A stretch of 64,000 bases of DNA from Chthoniobacteraceae bacterium (GTDB lineage: Bacteria > Verrucomicrobiota > Verrucomicrobiia > Chthoniobacterales > Chthoniobacteraceae). Both the position numbers and the translations under genes were made by a program. This document shows positions 1 to 10,059 of this stretch, piece after piece (position 1 is the first letter of the stretch; every line of letters begins with the position of its first letter). The DNA lies in NCBI GenBank assembly GCA_031409655.1, contig JANNXQ010000107.1, positions 64,001-128,000 on the forward strand, in the 5' to 3' direction. The notes beneath the pieces are model-generated. The model was not told the DNA's origin, ran no database searches, and saw only the letters and a list, made by a program, of their open reading frames with translations.

Positions 1-85
1 TTTGCGGAGGTGCTGCTGCGAATGTGTCACGCCCCGGCTTTCTTCCCGGTGCGCGTGGCGCGTTCCGCCTCCTGACTTTCGATCC

Positions 86-1237
86 GTGCTCACGGATTTC
101 CTCGCCCGTCTTTTGCCACGCCCGGTGCGGCGCGCGCTGCGAGCACCGGCGGATGCAGTTTCGCGCAGGAGGTTTCGCGCGCAGCTCGCAGCGTCGGATT
201 TCACCCTGGCGCAGGGCGCGCCGGCTCTCCACTACGGCGGCGCTCTGCCGCGCGGCTCCGGCGCACTCGTGAGCGGTGGCCGGGTGAAACTCACGCACCT
301 CGACCGTGCCTTTCCCGAACAACACACGAGCTATAATGTGCTCTACCTCGTCAGCAGCGCGATCCCGGCGCAGGCGCTGGAACTCGTGCGCTGGGCCAAG
401 TCGCGCGGAGTGCGCTTCGTCTGGAATCAAAACGGCGTCGCGTATCCGGCGTGGGCGGGAAAGTTCACCCGCGATGTGAATGATCCGATGCGGGCGCTGC
501 TGCAGGCGGCGGACTTCGTGGTCTATCAAAGCGAGTTCTGCCGCGAATCCGCGGATCGACACCTCTGCCGCGCGAGCTGCGAATCCGCGGTGCTTTTCAA
601 TCCCGTCGATCATGCCGTCTTTGCGCCAGCGCCAACTCCCCTGCCCCCCAGCCCGCTGCGACTGCTCACAATGGGCACGCACACCTACGCCGATCGCGTG
701 CTGGTGACGCTGCGTTGTCTGGCGGACCTCCGACGCGGGGACCGCGATGCCACCCTCACGATCGCCGGACGGCTCCAGTGGGAGAACGCAGAGTCCGACG
801 TGCGCGACGAAATCTCCAAGCTCGGCCTGCGCGAGCACGTCACGCTGCGTCCCGCGTTTTCCCAGGCGGAAGCCGCGGAACTGTGCCGATCGCATCACCT
901 GCTCCTGCATGCGAAGTACATGGACCCATGTCCCACCGTAGTGATCGAGGCGCTCGCGTGTGGCCTTCCCGTGGTCGGCTTGGAAAGTGGCGGCCTGCCG
1001 GAACTGGTGGATGCGCGGAGTGGGCGGCTGATTCCGGTTCCGCGGGATTGGGACACCATGCATACGCCGTCTCCCACGCAGTTCGCGCGAGCGGTAAAAG
1101 AGATCGCGGATCGCCGGCCCGAATTTAGCGCGCACGCGCGGCGGGGCGCCGAGGAACGATTCGCGGCAGAGCGATGGGTGGACCGGCATCGGGAGATTTT
1201 CACGCAAGTCCTCAAGTCCGCGAAGGTGTCCGCTTGA
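86..1237 (+). CDS. Glycosyltransferase family 4 (GT-B)
   Basis: DPCPTVVIEALACGLPVVG..SGGLPELV GT4 C-terminal motif; start placed at in-frame GTG 86 (ORF track runs from 2). Confidence 0.85.
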   Translation: MLTDFLARLLPRPVRRALRAPADAVSRRRFRAQLAASDFTLAQGAPALHYGGALPRGSGALVSGGRVKLTHLDRAFPEQHTSYNVLYLVSSAIPAQALELVRWAKSRGVRFVWNQNGVAYPAWAGKFTRDVNDPMRALLQAADFVVYQSEFCRESADRHLCRASCESAVLFNPVDHAVFAPAPTPLPPSPLRLLTMGTHTYADRVLVTLRCLADLRRGDRDATLTIAGRLQWENAESDVRDEISKLGLREHVTLRPAFSQAEAAELCRSHHLLLHAKYMDPCPTVVIEALACGLPVVGLESGGLPELVDARSGRLIPVPRDWDTMHTPSPTQFARAVKEIADRRPEFSAHARRGAEERFAAERWVDRHREIFTQVLKSAKVSA

Positions 1238-2700
1238 TGCCGCGGAAAAGCTTCATCTGGCTCGCGGCGCTCTTGGCGCTGATCGCCGCTGGATCGCTCA
1301 CCCACCGGTCGCATCGCAAGCACGAGAAAGCCCTCGCGGCAGCCCAGAAGAAGGCCGCGAAAGCCGCGAAACCCCGGAAATTTCAACGCGCCGCAACGCC
1401 TGTCATCTCCCGCGACGGGCTCCCGACGCTCGCGCGAAAGGTCCAGGCTGAACAACCGTTGAGGGTCGCATTCCTCGGTGGTTCGATCACGCAGAACGCC
1501 AGCCGCGGAGGCTTCGTCGCGGAAGTGAAGGCGTGGCTGGAGCGCTCCGCTCCCGGTGTTTCCGTGGAGGTGGTAAACGCAGGCATCGCCGGCACGGGCT
1601 CGGACTTCGGCGCGCAGCGCGTGGATCGCGATGTCCTCGAGCAATCCCCGGATGCGGTCTTCGTGGAGTTCGCGGTGAACGACTCGGATCGCGAGTGTAC
1701 CGCCGACATGGAGCGCATCGTGCGGAAGACGCGCCTCGCGAATTCGGCCACAGATCTCGTCTTCATCTACACCGTCACCAGTGAATCGCTTCCGATGCTG
1801 GAGCGCGGGAAATTTCCGCCCTCCGTGCTGCGACACGAACGCGTGGCGGAGCACTACGGCATCCCGACCGTGGCGCTCGGCTCGGAAGCAGCGCGAAGAA
1901 TTCGGGCGAACGAGTGGACGTGGAGCAATTTCTCGGCGGACACCTGCCACCCGACGCCAGCGGGATACGCGAGCTACAATACGGACATCGCTGCCGCACT
2001 CGAATTGCTCCTCCAAGCTCCCGCTCAGCGCTCGGGCTCGCTGCCTCCCAGCATCACACCAGACCTCTTGTTGCGCCCGCCGCCCGCCACCGCCGTATCG
2101 CAGACAGAGCCGGCACCGTTCGTGGGCAGCGATGGAAAACCTGCCCTCGAAACAAGCGAACTCCCGCTCTTCGGCGTCCACTGGATCGAAACCCCAACCT
2201 TTGCGAACCAATGGGAGCTTTTCTACCGGCCTCTCGATCGCACCGTCCCCGACGCGCAAGACCGCCAAACCTGGAAGCGCGCCCGCTGGTTTGACGAATT
2301 GCGCTGGTTCACCGGCAGCACGTCGCACGCGCTCGCACGCTCCAACGTCGAGTCGGAGAATTTTTTCGGCTCCAGTCCCACCGAGGCCGCGGTGCTGACC
2401 TGGCGCGCAAAAGCTCGCGGGCGCCACGTCGTTCGCGTGGCCGCTGCCACGCTCGAAGGTCCGCGTGCGAGTGAGGTTGCAAAGTGCGAAATCCATCTGC
2501 TGCATTTTCCCCACGGCGAACGCACAGGCTCCACGGTCGCCGCAGAGGCCACCGACGGCGCTTTCGACTTCACCCGCTCCTTGAATCTCGAGCCAGGCGA
2601 CGAACTCGCATTTGCGATCGATCCACGAGGCTACAAATTCGCGCACTACCGCGGATTTCGGGTGACGGTCGGCTACTTCGGAGAAGCGCCAACGCCTTGA
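1237..2700 (+). CDS. SGNH/GDSL hydrolase with N-terminal signal/anchor and C-terminal extension
   Basis: FLGGSIT (block I), NAGIAGT (II), EFAVND (III), DTCHP (V); ATG overlaps upstream TGA. Confidence 0.85.
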   Translation: MPRKSFIWLAALLALIAAGSLTHRSHRKHEKALAAAQKKAAKAAKPRKFQRAATPVISRDGLPTLARKVQAEQPLRVAFLGGSITQNASRGGFVAEVKAWLERSAPGVSVEVVNAGIAGTGSDFGAQRVDRDVLEQSPDAVFVEFAVNDSDRECTADMERIVRKTRLANSATDLVFIYTVTSESLPMLERGKFPPSVLRHERVAEHYGIPTVALGSEAARRIRANEWTWSNFSADTCHPTPAGYASYNTDIAAALELLLQAPAQRSGSLPPSITPDLLLRPPPATAVSQTEPAPFVGSDGKPALETSELPLFGVHWIETPTFANQWELFYRPLDRTVPDAQDRQTWKRARWFDELRWFTGSTSHALARSNVESENFFGSSPTEAAVLTWRAKARGRHVVRVAAATLEGPRASEVAKCEIHLLHFPHGERTGSTVAAEATDGAFDFTRSLNLEPGDELAFAIDPRGYKFAHYRGFRVTVGYFGEAPTP

Positions 2701-3713
2701 GCAGCCCTGCCATCACGGTGCTGATGACGATGTTCAATGCGTCGCGGCATCTCCGCGCGGCGGTCGACAGCATCCTCCGCCAGACCTTCGCCGACTTTGA
2801 ATTTCTCATCATCGACGACGGCTCGACCGACGACTCAGCGGAGATCGTGGGCAACTACGACGACGATCGCATTCGCCTCATCCGCAATGCGACGAACCGA
2901 GGCCAGACGCCCTGCCTGAATCAAGGACTGGAGCTCGCTCGCGGGGAGTGGATCGCGCGTCAGGATGCGGACGATCTCTCACATCCGCGGCGGCTCGAAC
3001 GCCAGATCGCGAGGCTCCGGGTGGACGAAACTCTCGCCCTCCTCGGCGCGCAGGCGTGGATCGTGGATGACCGCGGGCGCTTCAGCGGCATGCTCACGGT
3101 CCCAACGGAAGCGGACAGCATTGGATGGGCGATGCTTTTTGAGAATCCCTTCATCCACACCGCAGCCGTCTTCCGGCGCGATGTGGCGCAAAGGCTCGGC
3201 GGCTACGACGCGGCATTCCGCATCTGCCAGGACTACGATCTTTGGTTGCGCATCACGGCAGCCCATCGCGCGGCGAATCTGCCGGATCGGCTCGTCACCT
3301 ACCGCCACTCCCCATCATCGCTCCAGCACGCGAGCCGGGATGTGGTGCGCGCGGAGTCTGAGAATGTGGTGAGGCGCGCGTGGGCTGCGGCCTTTACCGA
3401 ACGCCAACCTTCGCAGGCGGAGATAGAAACGTTGCTCAGTTTTCGCACCGGCATCGCGCCCAATGATGTCGAGACGTTTCGCGACTTCTACGGCTCCACG
3501 CTTACAGAATATCTCCGCGCGCATCGTGGTCGTTCACTTCACGATCTGCGGCGGACGGTGGCGCTGCATCAGGCGAAGATTGGCCGTGACGTGGCTTCGC
3601 TCGACCGAGCCAAGGCCGCGGCTTGCCTCACCCGCACCTTTACCGAGCACCCTGCGGTGCTGACTCGGCTCGCGCTCGAACGGCTCGCGGGACCATTCCT
3701 CGTGCAGCGGTGA
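2697..3713 (+). CDS. Glycosyltransferase family 2
   Basis: ITVLMTMFN, IIDDGSTD, ARQDADD, QDYDLW motifs; TTG start overlapping upstream stop. Confidence 0.9.
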   Translation: MSSPAITVLMTMFNASRHLRAAVDSILRQTFADFEFLIIDDGSTDDSAEIVGNYDDDRIRLIRNATNRGQTPCLNQGLELARGEWIARQDADDLSHPRRLERQIARLRVDETLALLGAQAWIVDDRGRFSGMLTVPTEADSIGWAMLFENPFIHTAAVFRRDVAQRLGGYDAAFRICQDYDLWLRITAAHRAANLPDRLVTYRHSPSSLQHASRDVVRAESENVVRRAWAAAFTERQPSQAEIETLLSFRTGIAPNDVETFRDFYGSTLTEYLRAHRGRSLHDLRRTVALHQAKIGRDVASLDRAKAAACLTRTFTEHPAVLTRLALERLAGPFLVQR

Positions 3714-4819
3714 AGTTTCTCTTTCTCTCCAGCCATGCGCATCTCGCGCTCGATCCTGATGCGAAGCAGGTCTCCGGCGGCGCCGAGTTGCAAGTCGCAC
3801 TCCTTGCGGCCGAGCTGGCTGCGCGCGGGCACGAGGCGATCATCGTCGGTGGAGATACGGGGCAGCCGGATCAGCGCACCTTGCGTGGCGTGCGGACGCG
3901 GCTCGGTGGAAAGTTTCACACCGGCGGTTTGGCGGACACCTTCGCCGCGCTGCCCATTGTGTGGCGCATTCTGCGCGAAGAGCGGCCGGACTACGCGCTG
4001 ATCCTTGGCTGGACGACGTGGATGTTTTTCCTCGGAGCGATGAAGCGTTTTGTGCCCACGAAGACGGTCTTCATCTGCGGTCTGGATACCGAGGTGAATG
4101 GCGAGTTTCGCCGCGCGAATCCGGTGCGGGGCGCGCTCTTCGAATACGGCGTGCGGCACGCGGAACTCCGCTACGCGATGACGGACTATCAGCGCGATCA
4201 ATTCCACCGCGCCGGTCTCGACTGCGGCCTTTACCGCAATCTCATTCTCCCGCGAACCACGCCCGCGAGTGCGGCCAAGGACATCACGTTCCTGTGGGTC
4301 GCACGCTGTCAGCCCATCAAACGTCCGCACCTCTTCCTCGATCTCGCGGAGCGTTTCCCCAGCGCACGCTGCACGATGATCTGTCCCGATGAAGATCGCC
4401 CTCTTTGGGAGACGCTCGAGGAGCGTGCCGGCAGGCTGCCGAACGTCAAATTCCTGAAGCGCGTGCCCTATCACGAGATTCAGGGGATCTACGATCGCGC
4501 GGCGATCTTCGTGAATACTTCGGTCGCAGAGGGTTTCCCGAACAGCTTCATCCAGGCAGCGATGGGCGGCGCGGCGATCCTTTCACTCGCCGTCGATCCC
4601 GATACGGTACTCGCACGCTTCGGCGCCGGCCTCTGCGCAGGCGATGACGCCGCAAAATTCCAAGAATGCGCGGCGCGACTGCTGGCCGATCCGGCGGAGC
4701 TCTCGAAGTATCAGCAGCAGGCGGTGCGTTTCGTCACCAAGCTTCACGACAACGCGAAAAATGTGGAAGCCTTCCTCGCCGGGCTCCAGCCGGCGGGCAT
4801 TCAGCGCGCCCGCTCGTGA
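3710..4819 (+). CDS. Glycosyltransferase family 4
   Basis: SGGAELQ, KRPHLF, NTSVAEGFPNSFIQA; GTGA overlap with upstream gene. Confidence 0.85.
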   Translation: MKFLFLSSHAHLALDPDAKQVSGGAELQVALLAAELAARGHEAIIVGGDTGQPDQRTLRGVRTRLGGKFHTGGLADTFAALPIVWRILREERPDYALILGWTTWMFFLGAMKRFVPTKTVFICGLDTEVNGEFRRANPVRGALFEYGVRHAELRYAMTDYQRDQFHRAGLDCGLYRNLILPRTTPASAAKDITFLWVARCQPIKRPHLFLDLAERFPSARCTMICPDEDRPLWETLEERAGRLPNVKFLKRVPYHEIQGIYDRAAIFVNTSVAEGFPNSFIQAAMGGAAILSLAVDPDTVLARFGAGLCAGDDAAKFQECAARLLADPAELSKYQQQAVRFVTKLHDNAKNVEAFLAGLQPAGIQRARS

Positions 4820-5922
4820 ACGCGGCGCGCCAAATCCGGGTGCTGCATGTGATCGACAGCTTTGACCTCGGCGGCGCGCAGACGGCGCTGCTCAATCTCG
4901 TCCGCGCGATGGACCGCACCCGTTTTTCGGCGGAGATCGCCTGCATGCATGGGCGCGGGGTTTTCTGGGAAAATTTCTCGGCGCTCGGCGTCCCGGTGCA
5001 TTCGCTCTCGCCGGCAAAGTGGCTGCCGCTCTACGTTCCGCGGCTGATGCAACTCATCATTCAGCGTCGCTTTGATGTCGTGCATTGCCATCTTTTCGGC
5101 GCGAACTGGATCGCGAAACCAGTGGCCGCAGCGATGCGCGTGCCGGTGCTGGTGAATCACGATCAATGCAACGATCGCCTGCGCCACGACAGCAGCGGCG
5201 CGCGCTGGATCGACACCGCGACGAATCGACTCTCGAGTCACGTGTGCGCCGTCTCGCGCTCGACCCGCGACTTTCTCATCGAACAGGAACACCTGCCAGG
5301 CTCCCGCGTGTCCGTCGTGTATAACGGAGTGGACACTGCGCACTTCACACCCGCGCCGCGAATCGCTCCGCCAGAGGCCGGAGCGTTGATCGCCGGAGTC
5401 GGGCGTCTGCATCCGCAGAAGGATTTCACGCTCTTCCTCGATGTCGCCGCGGCCCTCGCAAAGCAGCATTCAACCGTGCATTTCCTGATCGCCGGCACCG
5501 GACCGGAAGACGCTGCGCTCCGCGACCACGCCGCCGCGCTCGGTATCGCGGATCGCGTGACCTTCGCCGGCCACGTCTCCGATATGCGCGAGGTGTATGG
5601 AAAGGCCGACCTGCTCCTCATGACTTCGCGCTACGAAGGCACGCCACTCACCGTGCTCGAAGCCATGGCCAGCGGCGTGCCGGTGGTAGCCTCGCGGCTG
5701 GACGGCATTGCGGAAGTGATCACCGATGGCGCGGATGGCTTCCTCATCACGCCGGGTCTGCGCGATGAATTTGTGAGGCGGGTGTCGGCGGTGCTGGCGG
5801 ATGCGGAGTTGCGCGGACGTGTCGCGCAGGCGGCGCGGGAGACCGTCGTCGCCAATTTTTCCGCCAAGGCCATGACCGCGCAGGTCGAAGCCATCTACAC
5901 CGAATGCCTCGCGGCGCGATGA
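4816..5922 (+). CDS. Glycosyltransferase family 4
   Basis: VLHVIDSFDLGGAQ, GRLHPQK, SRYEGTPLTVLEAMASGVPVV; GTGA overlap. Confidence 0.9.
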   Translation: MNAARQIRVLHVIDSFDLGGAQTALLNLVRAMDRTRFSAEIACMHGRGVFWENFSALGVPVHSLSPAKWLPLYVPRLMQLIIQRRFDVVHCHLFGANWIAKPVAAAMRVPVLVNHDQCNDRLRHDSSGARWIDTATNRLSSHVCAVSRSTRDFLIEQEHLPGSRVSVVYNGVDTAHFTPAPRIAPPEAGALIAGVGRLHPQKDFTLFLDVAAALAKQHSTVHFLIAGTGPEDAALRDHAAALGIADRVTFAGHVSDMREVYGKADLLLMTSRYEGTPLTVLEAMASGVPVVASRLDGIAEVITDGADGFLITPGLRDEFVRRVSAVLADAELRGRVAQAARETVVANFSAKAMTAQVEAIYTECLAAR

Positions 5923-6410
5923 ACGGAATTTTCCAAGACTGGGACGCGAACGCCGGAAACCCGAAAGGCCAACTCGTGCTGGTCCTTTTTCGGCTGGCCC
6001 AGTGGGTGCGCGGCTGGCCCGATCCCTGGTGGCTGCTCGGCGCGCCGTATCTCGCGTTTTACCGCGTCGCGGTCGAGTGGGTACTCGGCATCGAGCTGCG
6101 CTTCAAGACGCGCGTCGGTCCGCGGCTGCGGCTCTTCCACGGTCAGGGACTCGTGGTCAATGAAGGCACCGTGATCGGCGCGGAAGTCTCGCTCCGCCCG
6201 AACACGACGATCGGCAGCAAGACGCTGCGCGATGGTTCGGAGAGTGGTTGCCCGGTGCTCGGAGACCGCGTGGATGTCGGGGCAAATGTGGTGATCATCG
6301 GCGCGGTGAAGATCGGCGAGGGCGCGGTGATCGGCGCGGGCTCGGTGGTGGTGAAGGATGTGGCGGCAGGGACGGTGGTGGCCGGCAATCCGGCGCGGGT
6401 CTTGGTCTGA
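5919..6410 (+). CDS. WcaB/serine-acetyltransferase-like hexapeptide O-acetyltransferase
   Basis: Left-handed beta-helix repeats (VDVGANVVIIGAVKIGEGAVIGAGSVV) ending VAGNPAR; ATGA overlap. Confidence 0.85.
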   Translation: MNGIFQDWDANAGNPKGQLVLVLFRLAQWVRGWPDPWWLLGAPYLAFYRVAVEWVLGIELRFKTRVGPRLRLFHGQGLVVNEGTVIGAEVSLRPNTTIGSKTLRDGSESGCPVLGDRVDVGANVVIIGAVKIGEGAVIGAGSVVVKDVAAGTVVAGNPARVLV

Positions 6411-6460
6411 AACCACGAAAAATCCCGGCGGCATTCGCCATTCGGGAACAGTCGGTTCCG

Positions 6461-8230
6461 CTACGGTTTCGCGGGCCGCGTAAACACTTCGAAGCGGTCG
6501 CTGCTCACGGGGAAGGTTCCCTGCCCTTCGTAGTTCTGCTCTATCCAAGCCCGGGCAGCGCCTGCCCAGGCGCTGAAACGCGACTCATCGTGCCCATTCA
6601 CGGCCCACTCACTCAGGATGATGACGGCCGGCCGGTTTTGCTCGATCCGCGCGATCGCCTCCTGGCTCCAGCGCGCGCCGCGCGTGGCGTTGTCCACATA
6701 GACATCGCGCTCATAGGTCCGGAGGTTCGAGAGAAGATTCAGCGCCGGGTGATACGGGTACGCGACGAGATAATCGCCCGGCTGCGAGTGCGCGCGGATG
6801 GTCTCGCGGAGCGCGGCGAGGTTGAGCGCCTCACGTTTCGTGAGAAAAACGCGGACGCCATTTTCCGCTTCAAAGAGCGTGCGGCGATCCTTTCGCACCC
6901 AGATGGTGCCGGCCCAGCGATCCGGCCACATCCGCCAGAGGAAGATGGCGGCGTGACCGAGCAGCAACGCCGCGCAGAGGCGCGCGGTCCAGCCACGGAG
7001 ACCGAGCAGAAAGGGCGCGGTGGCGACCGCCGCCCAGAATGCGGGCGAAAATTCTGAGAGGTGCGGCGAGTCCGGACGGAAGAAAAAATACTGAGGAAAG
7101 ACAGTCAGCGCACCGCCAATCACGAGCAGCGCGGCGAGCGCCCTCGGGGCGGCATCCGGGACGGTTGACCCGAGCGCGCGGACCCACTGCCCCAGCGCTC
7201 CGATGGCGAGCGGCACCAGGCTGAAGAGGGGCAGATAGAGCAGCACCGCGAGCAGGCGTTGGTCTGCCGTCGGCGCGGCAAAGATGTCGCGCCAGCCTTT
7301 GCGGCGGAGGATTCCGCGACCGGCTGCGGCTTTCGCGATCGGCGCCTTGGCCGCTACGGGCTCCACAGGCGCGACTTTGGCCGCAGGCAGGGCAGGGCGC
7401 GGGGCCGGCGCGAGTCTGCGCAATTCGCCCACCATCATCTTCGGCCAGAGCGAATACTGCGCCGTGAAGGAAGCATCGTAGCCGCGCTTTCTCGCATCCG
7501 CGTAAAACGGCAGATGACACGCTACGACGATGCCAGTAAGCGCGAGCGGAGCACCGAGCACCGAGGTGATCCTGGCCCGTGCCGTGAGGCCGCGGTGGAG
7601 CGCACCGAGGATGCCGCCGCCCAGCCAGAGCGCGGTGAAAAAAATCCCGAGATCGACGCGGATCAGCCACGTCGCACCGAGGACGCCGCCACCGACGACC
7701 AGCCGCCACCACCGGTCGCGCCCTGCGAGCGTGAAGCCGAGCAACGCGGCGCTGTTCGCAACGGCCAGCAGCGGCATGTAATTCTTAAACGTCATGCCCG
7801 GCACGAGCACCGCCATGGTCGCGACGAGGAAGGCGAGCCACGGACGACGACTGGCGCGATCCACCATCCAGAAGACGAGCAGCGCCGTGATCGTCGCCAG
7901 CACAAAGCAGAAGGCCCGCAACGCCACGAAATCCACCCCGACCGTCTTGAAAAGACCGACAACCGGCCAGAACCAGAGCACATTGTAACCGCCGAGCGCG
8001 ACGTCGGTGAACGGGCGTTCGCCCGCGAGCATCCTCTGGGCGACGAGGGCCACCGTGCCCCCCTCGTCCCGGAAGTTCAGCCCGTGCTGGAAGTAGCTGG
8101 CGTAGTGGCTGACGGCGAAGATGCAGAGCAAGGCGAACCAGGCGCGCCGACTGGCGGCAAGTTGACGGAGGCGACCGTGCGAGGGTTGTTCAGTGGCGCA
8201 CGGCGCTCCGGCGCTGGGCGCATCGTTCAT
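6461..8230 (-). CDS. Polytopic membrane protein, GT-C (ArnT/PMT)-like
   Basis: Many TM segments, DEG motif after first TM (NFRDEGG), soluble C-terminal domain; adjacent to polysaccharide genes. Confidence 0.55.
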   Translation of the reverse strand: MNDAPSAGAPCATEQPSHGRLRQLAASRRAWFALLCIFAVSHYASYFQHGLNFRDEGGTVALVAQRMLAGERPFTDVALGGYNVLWFWPVVGLFKTVGVDFVALRAFCFVLATITALLVFWMVDRASRRPWLAFLVATMAVLVPGMTFKNYMPLLAVANSAALLGFTLAGRDRWWRLVVGGGVLGATWLIRVDLGIFFTALWLGGGILGALHRGLTARARITSVLGAPLALTGIVVACHLPFYADARKRGYDASFTAQYSLWPKMMVGELRRLAPAPRPALPAAKVAPVEPVAAKAPIAKAAAGRGILRRKGWRDIFAAPTADQRLLAVLLYLPLFSLVPLAIGALGQWVRALGSTVPDAAPRALAALLVIGGALTVFPQYFFFRPDSPHLSEFSPAFWAAVATAPFLLGLRGWTARLCAALLLGHAAIFLWRMWPDRWAGTIWVRKDRRTLFEAENGVRVFLTKREALNLAALRETIRAHSQPGDYLVAYPYHPALNLLSNLRTYERDVYVDNATRGARWSQEAIARIEQNRPAVIILSEWAVNGHDESRFSAWAGAARAWIEQNYEGQGTFPVSSDRFEVFTRPAKP

Positions 8231-8303
8231 GCATTCTGAAATAGGTGGGCAGGGGCGGCGTGTCCATGCCGCACGCAGGGCTTTTCCGCTTCAGGCCTGG
8301 GGT

Positions 8304-8340
8304 AAAAAAATGGGCGGCCCGGTTTTCACCGAGCCGCCCA
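8304..8340 (-). terminator. Rho-independent terminator of thioredoxin gene
   Basis: Minus strand TGGGCGGCTCGGT-GAAA-ACCGGGCCGCCCA hairpin followed by T7, 31 nt after the stop at 8372. Confidence 0.85.
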
Positions 8341-8371
8341 CCCAACCAATCAGGAAAATTTTACCGGGCGC

Positions 8372-8815
8372 TTATTTGCTCTTCAGTTCGTCGAGCTTCG
8401 CGAGGAAGGCTTTCGGTCCACCCTCCATGTAACCAAGTTGGCCGACCTTTTTCCCCTCGGGATTCAGGACGACGATCGTCGGATAGCCCCTCACGCTGTG
8501 CTCTTTCTGGAGCTTTTCATTTTGCTCCACGACCTTCTTTGGGAGCTTTTTGCCCTGCGGAAAATCGACCTCGACCAGGACCAGATTGTCCTTCGCGTAG
8601 GCTTTGAAGTCCGCCTTCGAGAAAACCTCCTTGTCGAGCTTGATGCACCAGCCGCACCAGTCCGAGCCGGTGAAATCGAGGAGCACCATTTTCTTCTCCG
8701 CTTTCGCCTGAGCGACGGCCTTTTCATAGTCATCGCCCCAGCCCGCAGCGGCCAGAGCAGCGGAGGTCAGGAGGGAAAGCACCGCGAGCGACGAAAGCAT
8801 GGATTTCATGAACAT
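8372..8815 (-). CDS. Exported thioredoxin-family protein
   Basis: Signal peptide, FTGSDWCGWC active site, cis-Pro motif RGYPT. Confidence 0.9.
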   Translation of the reverse strand: MFMKSMLSSLAVLSLLTSAALAAAGWGDDYEKAVAQAKAEKKMVLLDFTGSDWCGWCIKLDKEVFSKADFKAYAKDNLVLVEVDFPQGKKLPKKVVEQNEKLQKEHSVRGYPTIVVLNPEGKKVGQLGYMEGGPKAFLAKLDELKSK

Positions 8816-8928
8816 AGAGTGAATGGAAGTGAGGCTGAGACGCTCCCTTCTTTGGCCTGTTCAAAACTTTCCGGAAAAACTTTCCAGCCGCCTTTCCTCC
8901 TCCTCAAAAGCAGGAACTTTCCCGCCCG

Positions 8929-9588
8929 CTACACGCGTTCGCGCAACGGCTCAAAACCGATGTCGAAGAGATTCCCAGCGTTCTCCATCATCGTCGGCAC
9001 GGACGAGAGAAAGGATTCCCAGTCCTGCTCATTCACAAACTGCGTATCCCACATCGCGAAGACGCCGTCCGGCACCACATTGGAGGACTCGATCATCACG
9101 CGGATGTCCTTTTCCCAGTCCGCGATCTGGACGTAGCCGAGCACCGCGGACCGGCTGATGAGCGGACTGTAGGAGAAGCGCCCGAGCCAGGCGTCGCGCT
9201 CCTCCTGGGAGGGGAATTTCGCGTGGACGTGCGCGGACAGGGAGGTCACCGAGGTCGCCGGGAAATCCAGGAGCGCGTAGAAGCGCTGGAGCAGGTCGCA
9301 CATGATCTTCCAATCTCCCGCCGTGCGCGCGTTGCGGACGCCGAACTTCACCCGTTCCGCAGTGCGGCTGAAGGTGCCATTTTCGCCAAAAAACTGCGCC
9401 GAAAGCTCGTAGCCGAAGAGTTCATCCCAACGCTTCGTGCGCATCTGGTCCACGCGCAGGTTCAGCCCTTTGGCCGGGTCACAAAGCTTTGCGCCGAATT
9501 CCTCGAGCCGCGCCTGATTAAAGCCAACTGGCGAAAGAAAAGGGACATCGACGTTGATGCCGAAGATGTCGATGGGGACGATTTCCAT
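8929..9588 (-). CDS. Hypothetical protein
   Basis: 219-aa ORF with protein-like composition; no motif recognised. Confidence 0.6.
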   Translation of the reverse strand: MEIVPIDIFGINVDVPFLSPVGFNQARLEEFGAKLCDPAKGLNLRVDQMRTKRWDELFGYELSAQFFGENGTFSRTAERVKFGVRNARTAGDWKIMCDLLQRFYALLDFPATSVTSLSAHVHAKFPSQEERDAWLGRFSYSPLISRSAVLGYVQIADWEKDIRVMIESSNVVPDGVFAMWDTQFVNEQDWESFLSSVPTMMENAGNLFDIGFEPLRERV

Positions 9589-9683
9589 GGGGCGGAGAGG
9601 CTACGGAAGACCGGTCTTTCTGCACGCTCAAATTTCCCCGGCGCGAGCGAAGTCTCGCAGCGTCCCGAGTCGCGCGCCGTTTT

Positions 9684-10016
9684 TCAGATGCCCATGTTGG
9701 AAAGCGTCACCGCGATGCGATTGACGATTTCGACGAGCCGCGGATGGGATGCCTCGAAGCCCTCCACCGAAGCCGTGAGTCCCTTGAGCGCCGCTTCCGT
9801 CTGGTCCGGCTTGCGAGCCTGGCGCGTGGCCTCGTGGACGGAGGCATCCGTGAAGCGCGCGATGCTCTGCGCGTCCTCGCGGTGGTCGCCCGTCAGCGGC
9901 GCCACCTCGGCTTTGAGGTCCGCGAGCAGGCTCAGAAGTTCGGCCCGTGTGGCCTCCGGCAAATTCCCCGCGCTCTGGAGCGTGGCTTCGATCTTCGCGA
10001 TTCGGTCTTGGATCAT
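9684..10016 (-). CDS. DUF4404-like small helical protein
   Basis: C-terminal FEASHPRL...LSNMGI typical of DUF4404. Confidence 0.8.
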   Translation of the reverse strand: MIQDRIAKIEATLQSAGNLPEATRAELLSLLADLKAEVAPLTGDHREDAQSIARFTDASVHEATRQARKPDQTEAALKGLTASVEGFEASHPRLVEIVNRIAVTLSNMGI

Positions 10017-10059
10017 GGATGAAAGGGTAAGTGATGCTGCGCGTTTGGCGAAGACCCGA

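Noticed and set aside
895..2646. Long antisense ORFs (also 13972-15516, 21201-22640, 28533-29930, 51157-52629, 60374-61978)
   Set aside because: Shadow frames of motif-bearing genes in high-GC DNA; no recognisable motifs.
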